This document shows, piece after piece, positions 38,650 to 50,384 of a DNA stretch of 64,000 nucleotides (position 1 is its first letter; each line of letters starts with the position of its first letter). Source of the DNA: Chiloscyllium plagiosum. Taxonomy: Eukaryota. A model generated the notes under the pieces. It saw only the letters and a program-made list of their open reading frames with translations. It did no database searches and was not told the DNA's origin. The stretch spans positions 8,754,387 through 8,818,386 of the forward strand of contig NC_057752.1 in NCBI RefSeq assembly GCF_004010195.1, given 5' to 3'. The position numbers and the translations under genes were made by a program.

Positions 38650-40540
38650 GCCAGTCACCTATCTAAGCTAATAAATTACCCCAATCCTGTATGATCCAAC
38701 TCTGCGAATTAATCTTTTATGCAGCACCTTATCAAATGCCTTCAGACGTCCAGATATATTACATCTACACAATCCCCATTCTCCACTTTGCTTGTTACAT
38801 CTTCAAAGTTGCAAATTACTCAAACATGATTTGCCCTACATAAAACCATGCTGACTCTAATGAATAGTGTTTTGACTTTCCAATTATCCTAATTGATTCT
38901 AACACTTTCCTGACAACAGATATTAAACTAACTGGTCTGTAATTCCCTATATATTGCCTCTCTCTCTTTTTGAATAAGGGCATTGCATTAGCATTTTTCC
39001 AATCCACTGGAACTTTTCCCATTGGAATATTGTAACCAATGGATTCACTATCTCCACCGCCCCTTCCTTTAATACCCTATGATGTAGGCCATCAGGCCCG
39101 GAGGACTTGTCTGCCCTCAATCCTAATTGTTTGCTGAGTACCTTTTCCCTATCGATGGTGATTGTTCTAAGTTCTACCCTTTCTATTGCCTCTGACTTGC
39201 CTATGTTATGGACCAGGCCAGACCCCCTCAAAATATTTCAAGAAGGTAGCCCCAGACCCTGCCTTTTCTAGTTGTATTTAGCAGGGGTAGAGTGAATATT
39301 CCAGGAGTGATGCAGCTGGCCCAACCACTCCATTTTAATCAAAACAGAATTTATTTATTCATAAACCAAAGAGAAGAGAATATAGAACGACATAACTTAT
39401 CTGAAAATCCCATCCACTCTATCACAACTTAATGATGATGTTCTGAATACTTGCATCATTCCCATAAACACCCCCTTGGCAAAAAAAAAAGTAAAATCAC
39501 ACACAGGTTCTTACAGGAGAGATGTCAGCGAGAGAGTCAGCCAGAAAACCTCTGTTGAGTCCGGGAACCTTTTCCCACCAGAGTTTTCTTTGACCAGCAG
39601 TTCCAAACTGACTGCTTGCTAAAACCAGACCAAACCAAACCCTCAGCTGGGAGAACTGGCCACTCCCCTTTCATCGTACAAGTGTTTTAAAAAAATTACT
39701 TTAAAGCCTTCTCATAGTTCCATACATATTGGAACCTATGTCTTTACGACCCCTTTTGAAAAAAATCCAACGATAATGTAACCTTGTTAAAGGAGCAGCA
39801 TCTCGCACCCATTCCAATAGGAATTGTACTATTGTCCTCCACCATGAAAACTGAGGCATCTCTGTCATTTCAGTGTTCCCCACTATTAACTCTCTGGTTT
39901 CATCTTCCAAGGGACCAACATTCACCTTAGCGGCTCTCTTCCCTAGTGAAGCTTTTGCCAGCCTTTTTGATACTTTGTCATGGGTTTCTTTTGTAATTTA
40001 TCTAGCTCTTTTTATTAATTTAGAATCCCTCTGTTTATGTATGAAAGTTTCCCAATCTTCCTGCCACTGGCCTTTGCAATATTGTATACCTTAGTTTTTG
40101 ACTTTATATTGCTCTTGACCTCACTGTTTGGCCATGTATGGTTTTTATCTCCCTTACCATCTTTCTTCCTCACTGGGATATATTGTAGTTGTGAGGAATT
40201 AAGTAGCTCCTTAAACATCTGCCACTGCTCATCCAATGACTTACCTTTTAGACTTCCTGCCCCAATCTACTCTGGCAAATCTGTCCTCATGCCTATGTAA
40301 TTTCCTTTGTTTAATTCCAGAACACCAGTATAGGAGTACACTTTCTCACCCCCAAACTGAATTTTGAATTCTATCATACTGTGGTCACTACTCCCTACAG
40401 GATCCTTAACTATGATGCCATCAATTAATCTCTCCTCATGACACAATACCAAATCTAGAGTAGCCTGCTCCCTGTTTGGTTCCATAACATACTGCTCCAA
40501 GAAACAATCTCTAATTCAATGAACTCTGCCTCCAGAACTT
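38650..40540 (-). mobile_element. CR1 LINE internal fragment, split by a solo LTR
   Basis: TLDLVLC, SSDHSMIEF (endonuclease end), KSSGPDGLHHRVLKE, WKNANAMPLFKK, NYRPVSL. Confidence 0.88.
39204..39807 (-). repeat. Solo LTR (type B)
   Basis: Reverse complement of 35107-35656; reads TG...ACA on the minus strand; flanks ccta / ccca (4-bp TSD, 1 mismatch). Confidence 0.85.
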
Positions 40541-40865
40541 TTGGAAAAATTTAAGGATAAAAGCACAAGACGGTTTAGTTGGAATTTATTGTTACAGCCA
40601 TTCAGTTTGAACATTATACACGTGGCAGGACAAGAGAACATAATTAGCAATGTGTCATCACGACTTTGATGAAGGAAGACAGGTTTTTGGTGGCAGAACA
40701 ATTGAGCTAAGATGGACTGCAGCATTGAAGGTTTGCATGCTTAGATTTAATTTATTGCATATACATACGTATGTATAACATAGCATGCTATTAACATGAG
40801 ACTAAAGTCTTTGAACATGAAGCCATCTTTGTTTACTGATGATTGGATTTTTTTAAAGGGGGAGG

Positions 40866-41215
40866 TGTGATGATATGTGTCTTTAAGAGGGATTTATTAT
40901 GTTCTGTTTGTCTCAAAGACAGGTGTTGTAAACCTGGTGCTGAGGTGTCTGCTTCATTGAAAGCAGAGTAATTAGCTTTGGGGTTTTAAAAAATTAGACA
41001 AAAGAAGCATGAATGGGTGGAGTCAGCTCACACAGATCCAGGGTTTTAGTTTTGCTTTCAGTTGTTGAAGTTGGGGTGTTAGGAGTTGAAGCTGCTAGAT
41101 ACAGCTCTCTATCTGCTGCTGCTAAAAGCTTGAGTTCTCTGCTTTTAGACTCATTCTGTCAGTGTTCCTTCTCCTTCACTGGAGGGGAGACAGCAAGTGA
41201 GCAAAATCTGTTTTA
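40866..41215 (+). repeat. Truncated 3' LTR (type A)
   Basis: Follows the PPT; aligns by eye with 29601-29945. Confidence 0.85.
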
Positions 41216-41374
41216 GCACTTTAGCTCAAGACAAGGTACTACACCACAGGAATAGGAATGGCAGCATACCATAAGAAATAGCTTAGGTCTGCATGAGTAA
41301 TAACGGCTTTATCTCAATTCAAAGAACACTACCAGGAGCACTGATATCTCACAGGGATGGCACCACGCCATAGG

Positions 41375-41710
41375 TCAGGTGTTAGCATAGCATTAATATC
41401 AGTGGACTAGTAATCCAGAACCCTGGACTCTAATGTTCTCGGGATTTGGATATAATCCCACCATGCTGACTGGTGAAATTTTTATTCAGCAAAAAAAACT
41501 AATGGCAACTGTGCAATTACCAGCAAACTAATGTCTGCTAATGCCCTTCAGGAAAGGAAACTGCTTTCCTTACCTACTCTGGTAACTCCAAGCCCTTGGC
41601 AATGAAGTTGATACCTAACAGACTTTGAAATAAGCCACTCAGTTTCAGGGCAATTAGGGATGTGGAGCAAATGCTACCATCGGCAGTTATGCACACATTC
41701 CATCATCACA
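41375..41710 (+). mobile_element. tRNA-derived SINE (old copy, same family as 57265-57640)
   Basis: ggactagtaatccaga...aatcccaccatg head and ggcaattagggatg...aaatgct tail. Confidence 0.55.
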
Positions 41711-41739
41711 TTTACATAAAACATTCCTCAATTAGGGGG

Positions 41740-42310
41740 ACCACACACAAGGAAGAGCGCTATAACACACAAGGAACAGCTCTATAATCACACAAGGGAT
41801 GGCTCTATACCACACAAGGAATGGCTGTATAACCACACAAAGAATGCCTCTATACCACACAGGAGATGGCTCTATACCACACAAGGAATGCCTCTATAAC
41901 CACACAAGGGATGATTCTATGCCACATAAGGAATGGCTCTATAACCACACAAGGAATGGCTCTATAACCACACAAGGAATGGCTGTATAACCACACAAGG
42001 AATGGCTCTATAACCACACAAGGAATGGCTGTATAACTACACAAGGAATGGCTGTATAACCACACAAGGAATGGCTGTATAACTACACAAGGAATGGCTC
42101 TATAACTACACAAGGAATGGCTCTATAACCACACAAGGAATGGCTCTATAACCACATAAGGAATGGCTGTATAACCACATAAGGAATGGCTCTATAACCA
42201 CACAAGGAATGGCTCTATACCACACAGGAGATGGCTCCATATCACACAAGGAACGGCTCTATACCACACAAGGGACAGCTCTATGCCACACAAGGAATCC
42301 CTCTAGACCA
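41740..42310 (+). repeat. Minisatellite, 21-22 bp unit CCACACAAGGAATGGCTCTATA(A)
   Basis: About 25 tandem units; degenerate units resume at 45405-45560. Confidence 0.95.
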
Positions 42311-42311
42311 C

Positions 42312-43458
42312 CGGACCATAAGACGTAGGAGCAGAAATTAGGCCATTCAGCCCATTGAGTCTGCACCGCCATTCAATCATGGATGATAAGTTTCTCAACG
42401 CCATTCTCCTGCTTCATCCCTGTAACCTTTGATCCCCTTGATACTCAAGAACTTATCTATCTTAAATATACTCAATGACCTGGCCTCCAAAACGTTCGGT
42501 GACAGTGAATTCCACAGATTCACCACTCTCTGGCTGAAGAAGTTTCTCCTTATGTCTGTTCTAAAAGGTCTTCCCTTTACTCTAAGGCTGTGCCCTTAGG
42601 TCCTAGTCTCTCCTACCAATGCAAACATCTACTCTGCCCAGGCCATTCAGTAATCTGTATGTTTCAATTAGATCCCCCCTCATTCTTCTAAACTCCATCG
42701 AGTATAGTCCTCAAACATTCCTCATATGTTAAGCTTTTCATTCCTCTGAAACCTCTCCAGGCCCAGTACGTCATTCCTGAGATATGAGAACCAAAACTGC
42801 ACACAATACTCCAAACGTAATCTGACCAGAGCATTACAGAGGCTCAGAAGTACATCCCTGCTTTTATATTCAAGTCCTCTCAAAACAAATACCATCATTG
42901 CATTCCCCTTCCTAACTACTGACTCAACCTGCATGTTTACCTTGAGAGAATCCTGAACTAGGACTCCCAAGTCTCTTTGGAATTTTCTCTCCATTTAGAA
43001 AATAGTCAATGCCTCTTTTCTTCCTACCAAAGTGCATGACCTCACACTTTCCCACTTCTTTACCCAATTTCCCACCTGTCCAATTCCTTCTGCAGCCTCC
43101 CCGTCTCCTCAAAGCTATCTGTCCCTCTACCTATCTTTGTGTCAACTGCAACCTTAGCCAGAGTGCCCTCAGTCCCTTCATCCAGATCATTGATATACAA
43201 AGTGAAAACGTATAGTCCCAACATTGAGCCTTGCATAACACCACTTGTCACTGGCTGCCATCCTGAGAAAGACCTTTTAACCCCACTCTCTGTTTTCTGC
43301 CAGACAGCCAAATTTCTATCCAGGCTAGCACCTTGCCTGTGATACCATGGGCCCTTACCTTATCAGTAGCTTCCTGTGCAGTACCTTGTCAAAGGCTTTC
43401 TTGAAGTCCAGGTAGATAACATCTATTGGCTCTCCTTGGTCTAACCTGCTTGTTACTT
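42312..43458 (-). mobile_element. CR1 LINE (older subfamily), 5'-truncated
   Basis: SGVMQGSMLG, LVRLRLEYCVQFWFSYLRND; 3' UTR at the left end. Confidence 0.88.
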
Positions 43459-43467
43459 AAAGTGATA

Positions 43468-45400
43468 AAGTCATAGAGATGTACAGCACGGAAATAGACC
43501 TTTTGGTCCAACTCGTCCATGCCGATCAGATATCACAACCCAATCTAGTCCCACCTGCCAACACCCAGCCCATATCCCTCCAAACCCTTCCTATTCATAT
43601 ACCCATCCAAATGCCTTTTAAATGTTGCAATTGTACCAGCCTCCACCACTTCCTCTGGCAGCTCATTTCATACATGTACCACCCTCTGCGTGAAAACGTT
43701 TCCCCTTAGGTCTCCTTTATATCTTTCCCTTCTCACCCTAAACTTATGCCCTCTAGTTCTTGACTCCCCCACCCCAGGGAAAAGATTTTGTTTATTTATT
43801 CTATCCATGCCCCTCATGATTTTATAAACCTCTATAAGAGGTTTATGTGATGTGGTATAACATCATTCTTTATGATGCAGCCTGCGGCACTCCAGGGAAA
43901 ATAGCCCTAGCTCATTCAAATTTTCCCTGTAGCTCAAATCCTCCAACCTTGGCAACATCCTTATAAATCTTTTCTGAACCCTTTCAAGTTTAACAACATC
44001 TTTCCGATAGGAAGGAGACCAGAATTGCACGCAGTATTCCAACAGTAGCCTAACCAATGTCCTGTACAGCCGCAACATGACCTCCCAACTCCTGTACTCA
44101 ATACTCTTACCAAATGCCTTCTTCACTATCCTATCTACCAGCAACTCCACTTCCAAGGAGCTATGAACCTGCACTCCAAGGTCTCTTTGTTCAGCAACAT
44201 TCCCCAGGACCTTACCATTAAGTGTATAAGTCCTGCTAAGATTTGCTTTCCCAAAATGCAGCACCTCACATTTATCTAAATTAAACTCCATTTGCCACTT
44301 CTCAGCCCATTGGCCCATCTGATCAAAATCCTATTGTAATCTGAGGCAACCTTCTTTGCTGTCCCCTACACCTCCAATTGTGGTGTCATCAGCAAACTTA
44401 CTAACTATACCCCTTATGCTCACATCCAAATCATTTAAATAAATGACGAAAAGTAGAGGGCCTAGCATCGATCCTTGTGGCACTCCATTGGTCACAGGCC
44501 TCCAGTCTGAAAAACAACCATCCACCACCACCCTCTGACTTCTACCTTTGAGCCAGTTCTGTATCCAAATGGCTAGTTCTCCCTGTATTCCATGAGATCT
44601 AACCTTGCTAATCAGTCTCCCATGGGGAACCTTGCCGAACGCCTTACTGAAGTCCATATAGATCACATCTACTGCTCTCCCCTCATCAATCCTCTTTGTT
44701 ATTTCTTCAAAAAACTCAATCAAGTTTGTGAGACATGATTTCCCATGCATAAAGCCGTGTTGACTATCCCTAATCAGTCCTTGCCTTTCCAAATACATGT
44801 ACATCCTGTCCCTCAGGATTCCCTCCAACAACTTTCCCACCACTGACGTCAGGCTCACTGGTCTATAGTTCCCTGGCTTGTCCTTACCACCTTTCTTAAA
44901 CAGTGGCACCACGTTTGCCAACCTCCAGTCTTCCGGCACCTCACCTGTGACTATCGATGATACAAATACCTCAGCAAGAGGCCCAGCAATCACTTCCCTA
45001 GCTGCCCACAGAGTTCTCGGGTACACCTGATCAGGTCATGCGGATTTATCCACTTTTATGCATTTCAAGACATCCAGCACTTCCTCCTCTGTAATAAGGA
45101 CATTTTTCAAGATGTCACCATCTATTTCCCAACATTTTATATCTTCCATGTCTTTCTCTACAGTAAATACTGATGCAAAATACTCGTTTAGTATCTTTCC
45201 CATCTCCTGCGGCTCCACACAAAGGCCGCCTTGCTGATCTTTGAGGGGCCCTATTCTCTCCCTAGTTACCATTTTGTCCTTAATGTATTTGTAAAAATTC
45301 TTTAGATTCTACTTCACCCTATTTGCCAAAGCAATCCCATGTCCCCTGTTTGCCCTCCTGATTTCTCTCTTAAGTATATTCCTACTGCCTTTATACTCTT
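43468..45400 (-). mobile_element. CR1 LINE (young subfamily), about 1.9 kb
   Basis: ORFs 45036..45272, 44331..45026 (231 aa RT with QHGF, DFSKAF, GVPQGS, FADD) and 43863..44318; 3' UTR. Confidence 0.95.
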
Positions 45401-46684
45401 TCTCCATGGCTCTATACCACACAAGATTGGCACTATACCATACAAGAAATCGGACTATACCACACAAGGAATGGCATGATGCTGCAGCACAGGGAATGGC
45501 TCTTTAACACATCATTAATGGAAGATTCCAGTTCATAAAGAATGATGTTATACCACATCACATGGAAAGGCACTGTACCTCTCCACAACCAACGCCACTG
45601 GGTCAGTGACAGAAATGCCAGTCCTCGTGGTACTCCTGGCATGGACCCCTGACCCGAGCATAATGTGACACCTTGTCTACTGTTGTGGACATTTAGGTTT
45701 ACATTCTATTTGGCTCTTTGGTTGCTGCTTGCCTTAGTTGGATTGTTTTGCATTGAGTGCACAAAATCCCTCAGATTTAACTGTCCAGCACTCAGCCTGG
45801 AATCACCCAAACATCTGACCAGACTATTGAACTTCAAAATCTAAACCCATTGATATTGAATGGAAATATTAAATATGATCACCCAAATTAGGCATGAACG
45901 AATGTAAATCATGTCTATTATATTCTTTTTAGACCCAAAACAACATGATAATAGTACAAGACTTTCTTTTAGAAATGACAGCAACTTGCAGTTGATGAAG
46001 TGGCAACAGAAAAATGTTTACCTTTTAGAAATTTTTGACACCAAAAACGGAGAGCTAGTAGCTTTATGTCTTCTAGTACAACACTTGTTACCAGTGATAC
46101 AGCAACATGAGAACAAGGGCATGTGAAGGGCACCACCGAAATTATTTCTTAATTTCCCTCCAGCAGATGGGGTTCAGCACCATTTATTCACAGTACTGAG
46201 AACAGTGTTTGTCTCCTTCAGGTCTTTGCACAGAACACAGCAACATAGATTAATTAAGCTTCCTCAATGCCAGCAGAACATAAATATTAAACCTGCTCTG
46301 TTACACCAATTATTTCTATTTAAGTATTCAGAATCTGCAAGTATAAAACGTTAGCCTTGACAATCAAGGCTCTATGATAGATGCCAAAAGCCCATTACTG
46401 AACTGAATCACCTTGAACACTTTAAAATTGAAAAGAACATTCTCTTTTAAAATATTAAATTGAAGAATTTCAATATGTTTCAGCCTCACTTACCCAAGTC
46501 TAATGGTTTTCCAAATAATGATATGCAGGGACTGCATTGCATTTATTATCATATCAACCACTGCCTGACTTAAAGGCAACATGCAGTAGAGTGAAACAGG
46601 GAGCACTCGAATTGAATGTACACTTATACAGAAATTACATGAGAAGTGGATATTTTTGTTTCAAAGCAAACAGGTCCTTGAACT

Positions 46685-46895
46685 AGGAGAAAGTGAGGAC
46701 TGCAGATGCTGGAGATCAGAGCTAAAAATGTGTTGCTGGAAAAGCGCAGCAGGTCAGGCAGCATCCAAGGAGCAGGAGAATTGATGTTTCGGGCATGAGC
46801 CCTTCTTCCTGAAGAAGGGCTCATGCCCGAAACGTCGATTCTCCTGCTCCTTGGATGCTGCCTGACCTGCTGCACTTTTCCAGCAACACATTTTC
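46685..46895. mobile_element. Hairpin Penelope-terminus mini-element with 14-bp TSD and intact hammerhead motif
   Basis: TSD caggtccttgaact (46671-46684 / 46895-46908); core CTGAAGA-A-GGGC(TCAT)GCCC-GAAA-CG-TC at 46809-46836. Confidence 0.87.
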
Positions 46896-47589
46896 AGGTC
46901 CTTGAACTGCCAGGTTTAACTATTTGGATTGTTTATGAGCTCCATAATCTTAATATTTTTATTCGATATGAAGCAGGTTCTCAGGTACAGCATGCACAAG
47001 AGGAGCACAACTTAAGAATCAAGTCAGTGATCAGTACAAAAGCTAAACAGTGTAAGACCATTGGCAGGTGTAAAACTAGTTCAGTGTGAACTCAGACCTT
47101 AAAACAAAGAGGTAGTGCAATTAATTTCCTCTAAACGATACAAAAAGGCAATCTGGTCTGGAATTTAAATTGCATTTGTTACAAGAAACTTCTCCAAGGC
47201 CTCTAGGATAATATAGTGAACATAAGAAACAGGAGTAGGAGTAGGTAATTTGGCCCCTCAAACCTGCCTCACTATTCAATAAGATCATGGCATTAAAGCA
47301 TATGAGTTGATTGAAGATGGCAACAGGCTCAAGTATGAAGCCCCCAGAATTGAATAACCTGATGGTACTCATTAACTCATTGCCAATGTCTTTTTGAAAT
47401 GTACTCAAATATGCGTTGCCGACTTCTGGAGAGAACAGAGAGACTTGGAAGAATCCAAAATTGGACAAAAGACAGATGGATCAGCTGTTTTTAGGAAGGC
47501 CTGAACAAATTAGCATTAGGACACTTGTCTATTACATAGAACATCCCGAAGCTGCTACAGCTAATAATTCTACATTTAACGGTATTAGA

Positions 47590-48765
47590 AATCGAGAAGC
47601 TCTGAAGAAGGGTGACTGGACCCAAAACGTTAAGACTGATTTCTCTTCACAGATGCTGCCAGACTTACTGAGCTTTTTTCCAGCAATTTCTGATTTTATT
47701 TGTGATTTAAAGAAGAAGTTATTCAAAGTGAGGACAAGCTCAGCCAGGTGAAGGAGGGTGGTGGTGGATGGGGGATGTCCAGTCCAAGGAAGAAGCAGAG
47801 AGTCTGATGAGGGATAAACGTGCAGAGGGAAACGCATGTCCATGGTGAAGAGGAGGTGGCTAGGACCAGAAAATTGGAAATTATGAAACTGACGTAAAGC
47901 ATCAGAAGAATCACAAATGTAAGTGAGAAAAGACTGGACAAGGGGAGAAAAAATAGAATCATGATAATAAAAAATAAGTTCAGTTGGGCAGGAACAGGCT
48001 GGAATGATGGGCCTGCCAAGACAGTCCTACTGGTATACTTCTTTTAATCAAGTCTGCTATATTTGCTGTTCACAATACAGTCTCCTCTACATTGGCAAAA
48101 CCAAACACAGATTGGATGACCTCTCTGTCCTTAGGAATGACACCAGTCTGCCAGCTGCTGACCATTTCAATAAACCACTTTGCTTTCATGTCAACATTTC
48201 TGTTCTGATCCTGCTGCAATGTTTCTATGAAGTTCAACACAAACTGAAAGAACAACACCTAATTTTCTACTTAGGCATTTCACAGCCTAAAGGATTCAAT
48301 ATTGAATTCTGCATCTTCAGAGCATGACCTCTGTTCTCCATTTTTCTTACAATCCCCCACCCTCCCCTGATCATGTCTTAGTTGCGTCTTGTTGACTTTG
48401 CTCTCTGATCAGCGGACTCATTTTCTCCTTTTCACACCTTTATTTATACCTATTTTACATCTCTATTTCTCCTTTATTACCATGAGCACTGCCTTTGTTA
48501 TTTGTTCTAGGCACCTTCACAATCTGTTCCACTTGTTCCTCCCTGTCGGTCAATGCACAAAAACTATCATTTTTGGGATATCTGTTTGGCATGGATGAGT
48601 TGGACCAAAGGGTCTGTTTCCATGCTGTACATCTCTATGCCTCTATGATTTCCATCCCCCTCCAGTTCTGAAAAGGTCATATGAGATTTGAAATGTTAAC
48701 TCTGTCTCCAGTATTTTTAGTTTTTATGTCAGATTTCCAGCATCCGCAATATATTGCTTTTATTA
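47590..48765. mobile_element. Rearranged Penelope-like element (terminal repeat, inverted RT piece, GIY-YIG, 3' end)
   Basis: Minus HLAELVLTLNNFFF at about 47710-47760; plus VCYICCSQYSLLYIGKTKHRL...QPKGFNIEF (48004..48327); decayed cores at 47602 and about 48668. Confidence 0.75.
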
Positions 48766-48961
48766 TGATTGCAGATTTGAGTCTCAATGAATGTAAATTT
48801 TAAAATCTATTTGTAAATGTTAAAGAACACGAAACATTATTGGCTGCCCCATTACCTACATCTTAATCTTACCAAAATTCTACATGCATTCACAACCTTT
48901 AATAGAATTTCAGTGCCCCCTGTTGTAATTAGTAAGTAACTGCTTCACAGTCTTCACAAAG

Positions 48962-50300
48962 CCATGACTCATACAGCACAGAAACAGACCCTTCAGTCCA
49001 ACCAGTCCATGCTGAACATAACTCCAAACTAAACTAGTCCCATTTGCCTGCTCCTGGCCTATAATCCCTCCAAACTTTTCCTATTCATGTATGTGGATAG
49101 TGCTGAAGGATGTTGTAGGTTACAGAAGGACATAGATCAGCTGCAGAGCTGGGCTGAGAGGTGGAAAATGAAGTTGAATATGGAAAAGTGTGAGGTGATT
49201 CACTTTAGAAGGAGCAACAGGAATAAAAACTGCTGGGCTAATGGTCAGATTCTTCGTCGTGTAGATGAGCAGAGAGATCTCAGTCTCCACGTACATAGCT
49301 CCCTGAAAGTTGCCATGCAGGTTGATAGGGTTGTTAAGAAGATATATGGTGTGTTAGCTTTTATTGGTAGGGGGATTGAATTTCAGAGCCATGAGATCAT
49401 GCTGCAGCTGTACTAAACTCTGGTGTGGCCGCACTTGGAATATTGCGTGCAGTTCTGGTCACCACCTTATTAGGAAGGACGTGGAAGCTTTGGAAAGGGT
49501 TCAGGGGAGATTTACTAGGATGTTGCCTGGTATGGAGGAAAGGTCTTACGAGGAAAGTCTGAGGGACTTGACGCTGTTTTCATTAGAGAGAAGAAGATTG
49601 AGAAGTAACTTAATTGAGACATATAAGATAATCAGTGGATTACAGAGAGTGGACAGTGAGAGCCTTTTTCCTCAGATGGTGATGGCTAGCATGAGGGGAC
49701 ATAGCTTTAAATTGAGGGGTGGTAGATATAGGACAGATGTCAGAGGTAGTTTCTTTACTCAGAGAGAAGGAGGAGCTTGGAGCGCCCTGCCTGCAACAGT
49801 CATAGACTTGCCAACTTTAAGGGCATTTAAATGGTCATTGGATAAATGTATGGATGAGAATGGAATAGTGTAGGGTAGATGGGCTTCAGATTGGTTCCGA
49901 AGGGCCTGTAATGCACTGTAAGGTTCTATGTTCTATCCAAATGTCTTTTAAACATTGTAATTGTACCCTCATCCACCACTTTCTCAGAAAGCTCATTCCA
50001 CACGTGAACCACCCTCTGCGTCAAAAATTTGCCGCTTATGTCTTTTTTAAATCTCTCCTCTCAACTTAAAAATGTGTCCCATGGTCTTGAAATCCCCCAT
50101 CCTCGGAAAAAGGCAACTACCATTAACTCTATCTATACTTCTCATGATTTTATAAACTTCTATCAGATTGCCTCTCAACCCCCTACACTACTATAAGTCC
50201 TAGCCCATCCAGCCTTTCTTTATAACTCAAACCTTCCATACCCAACAACATCCTGGTAAATCTTTTCTGAACCTTCTCTGGCTTGATTATATCCTTCCTA
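48962..50300. mobile_element. Minus-strand CR1 3' fragment with a plus-strand CR1 (49091-49935) nested inside
   Basis: CR1 3' UTR reversed at 48962-49090 resumes at about 49935; inner ORFs 49087..49416 and 49364..49873 are CR1 ORF2 C-terminus. Confidence 0.85.
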
Positions 50301-50384
50301 TACCTCAGGCACTTCAGGTGGAATTAGCCACTGGGACAGTGGAACAACTGTCTTGGTGGCTAATCACTGGATTAATGTTGATCA

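Larger units (their letters stand above)
29601..41215 (+). mobile_element. Gmr1-type Gypsy LTR retrotransposon (outer element), degenerate and interrupted
   Basis: 5' LTR 29601-30255 (TGT...ACA); decayed tRNA-Pro-like PBS at about 30259; gag with SCAN-like LREMIILKESKNSLP; CFHC knuckle at about 32090; protease remnant; integrase (HQLPVGGHL...CWTCHTC, IDCV, IMDVSTRF) at about 33050-34050; RT (CVDYRKVNAVT, MPFGLKNVPATFQR, HIDD) at about 34260-35100; RNase H end WNLLLQPF...HVAGQENII...SRL* at about 40540-40670; PPT AAAGGGGGAGG 40855-40865; truncated 3' LTR from 40866. Confidence 0.9.

Noticed and set aside
41740..42310. Regular short repeats superficially like a CRISPR array
   Set aside because: Units are contiguous with no unique spacers, there are no cas genes, and the context is eukaryotic.
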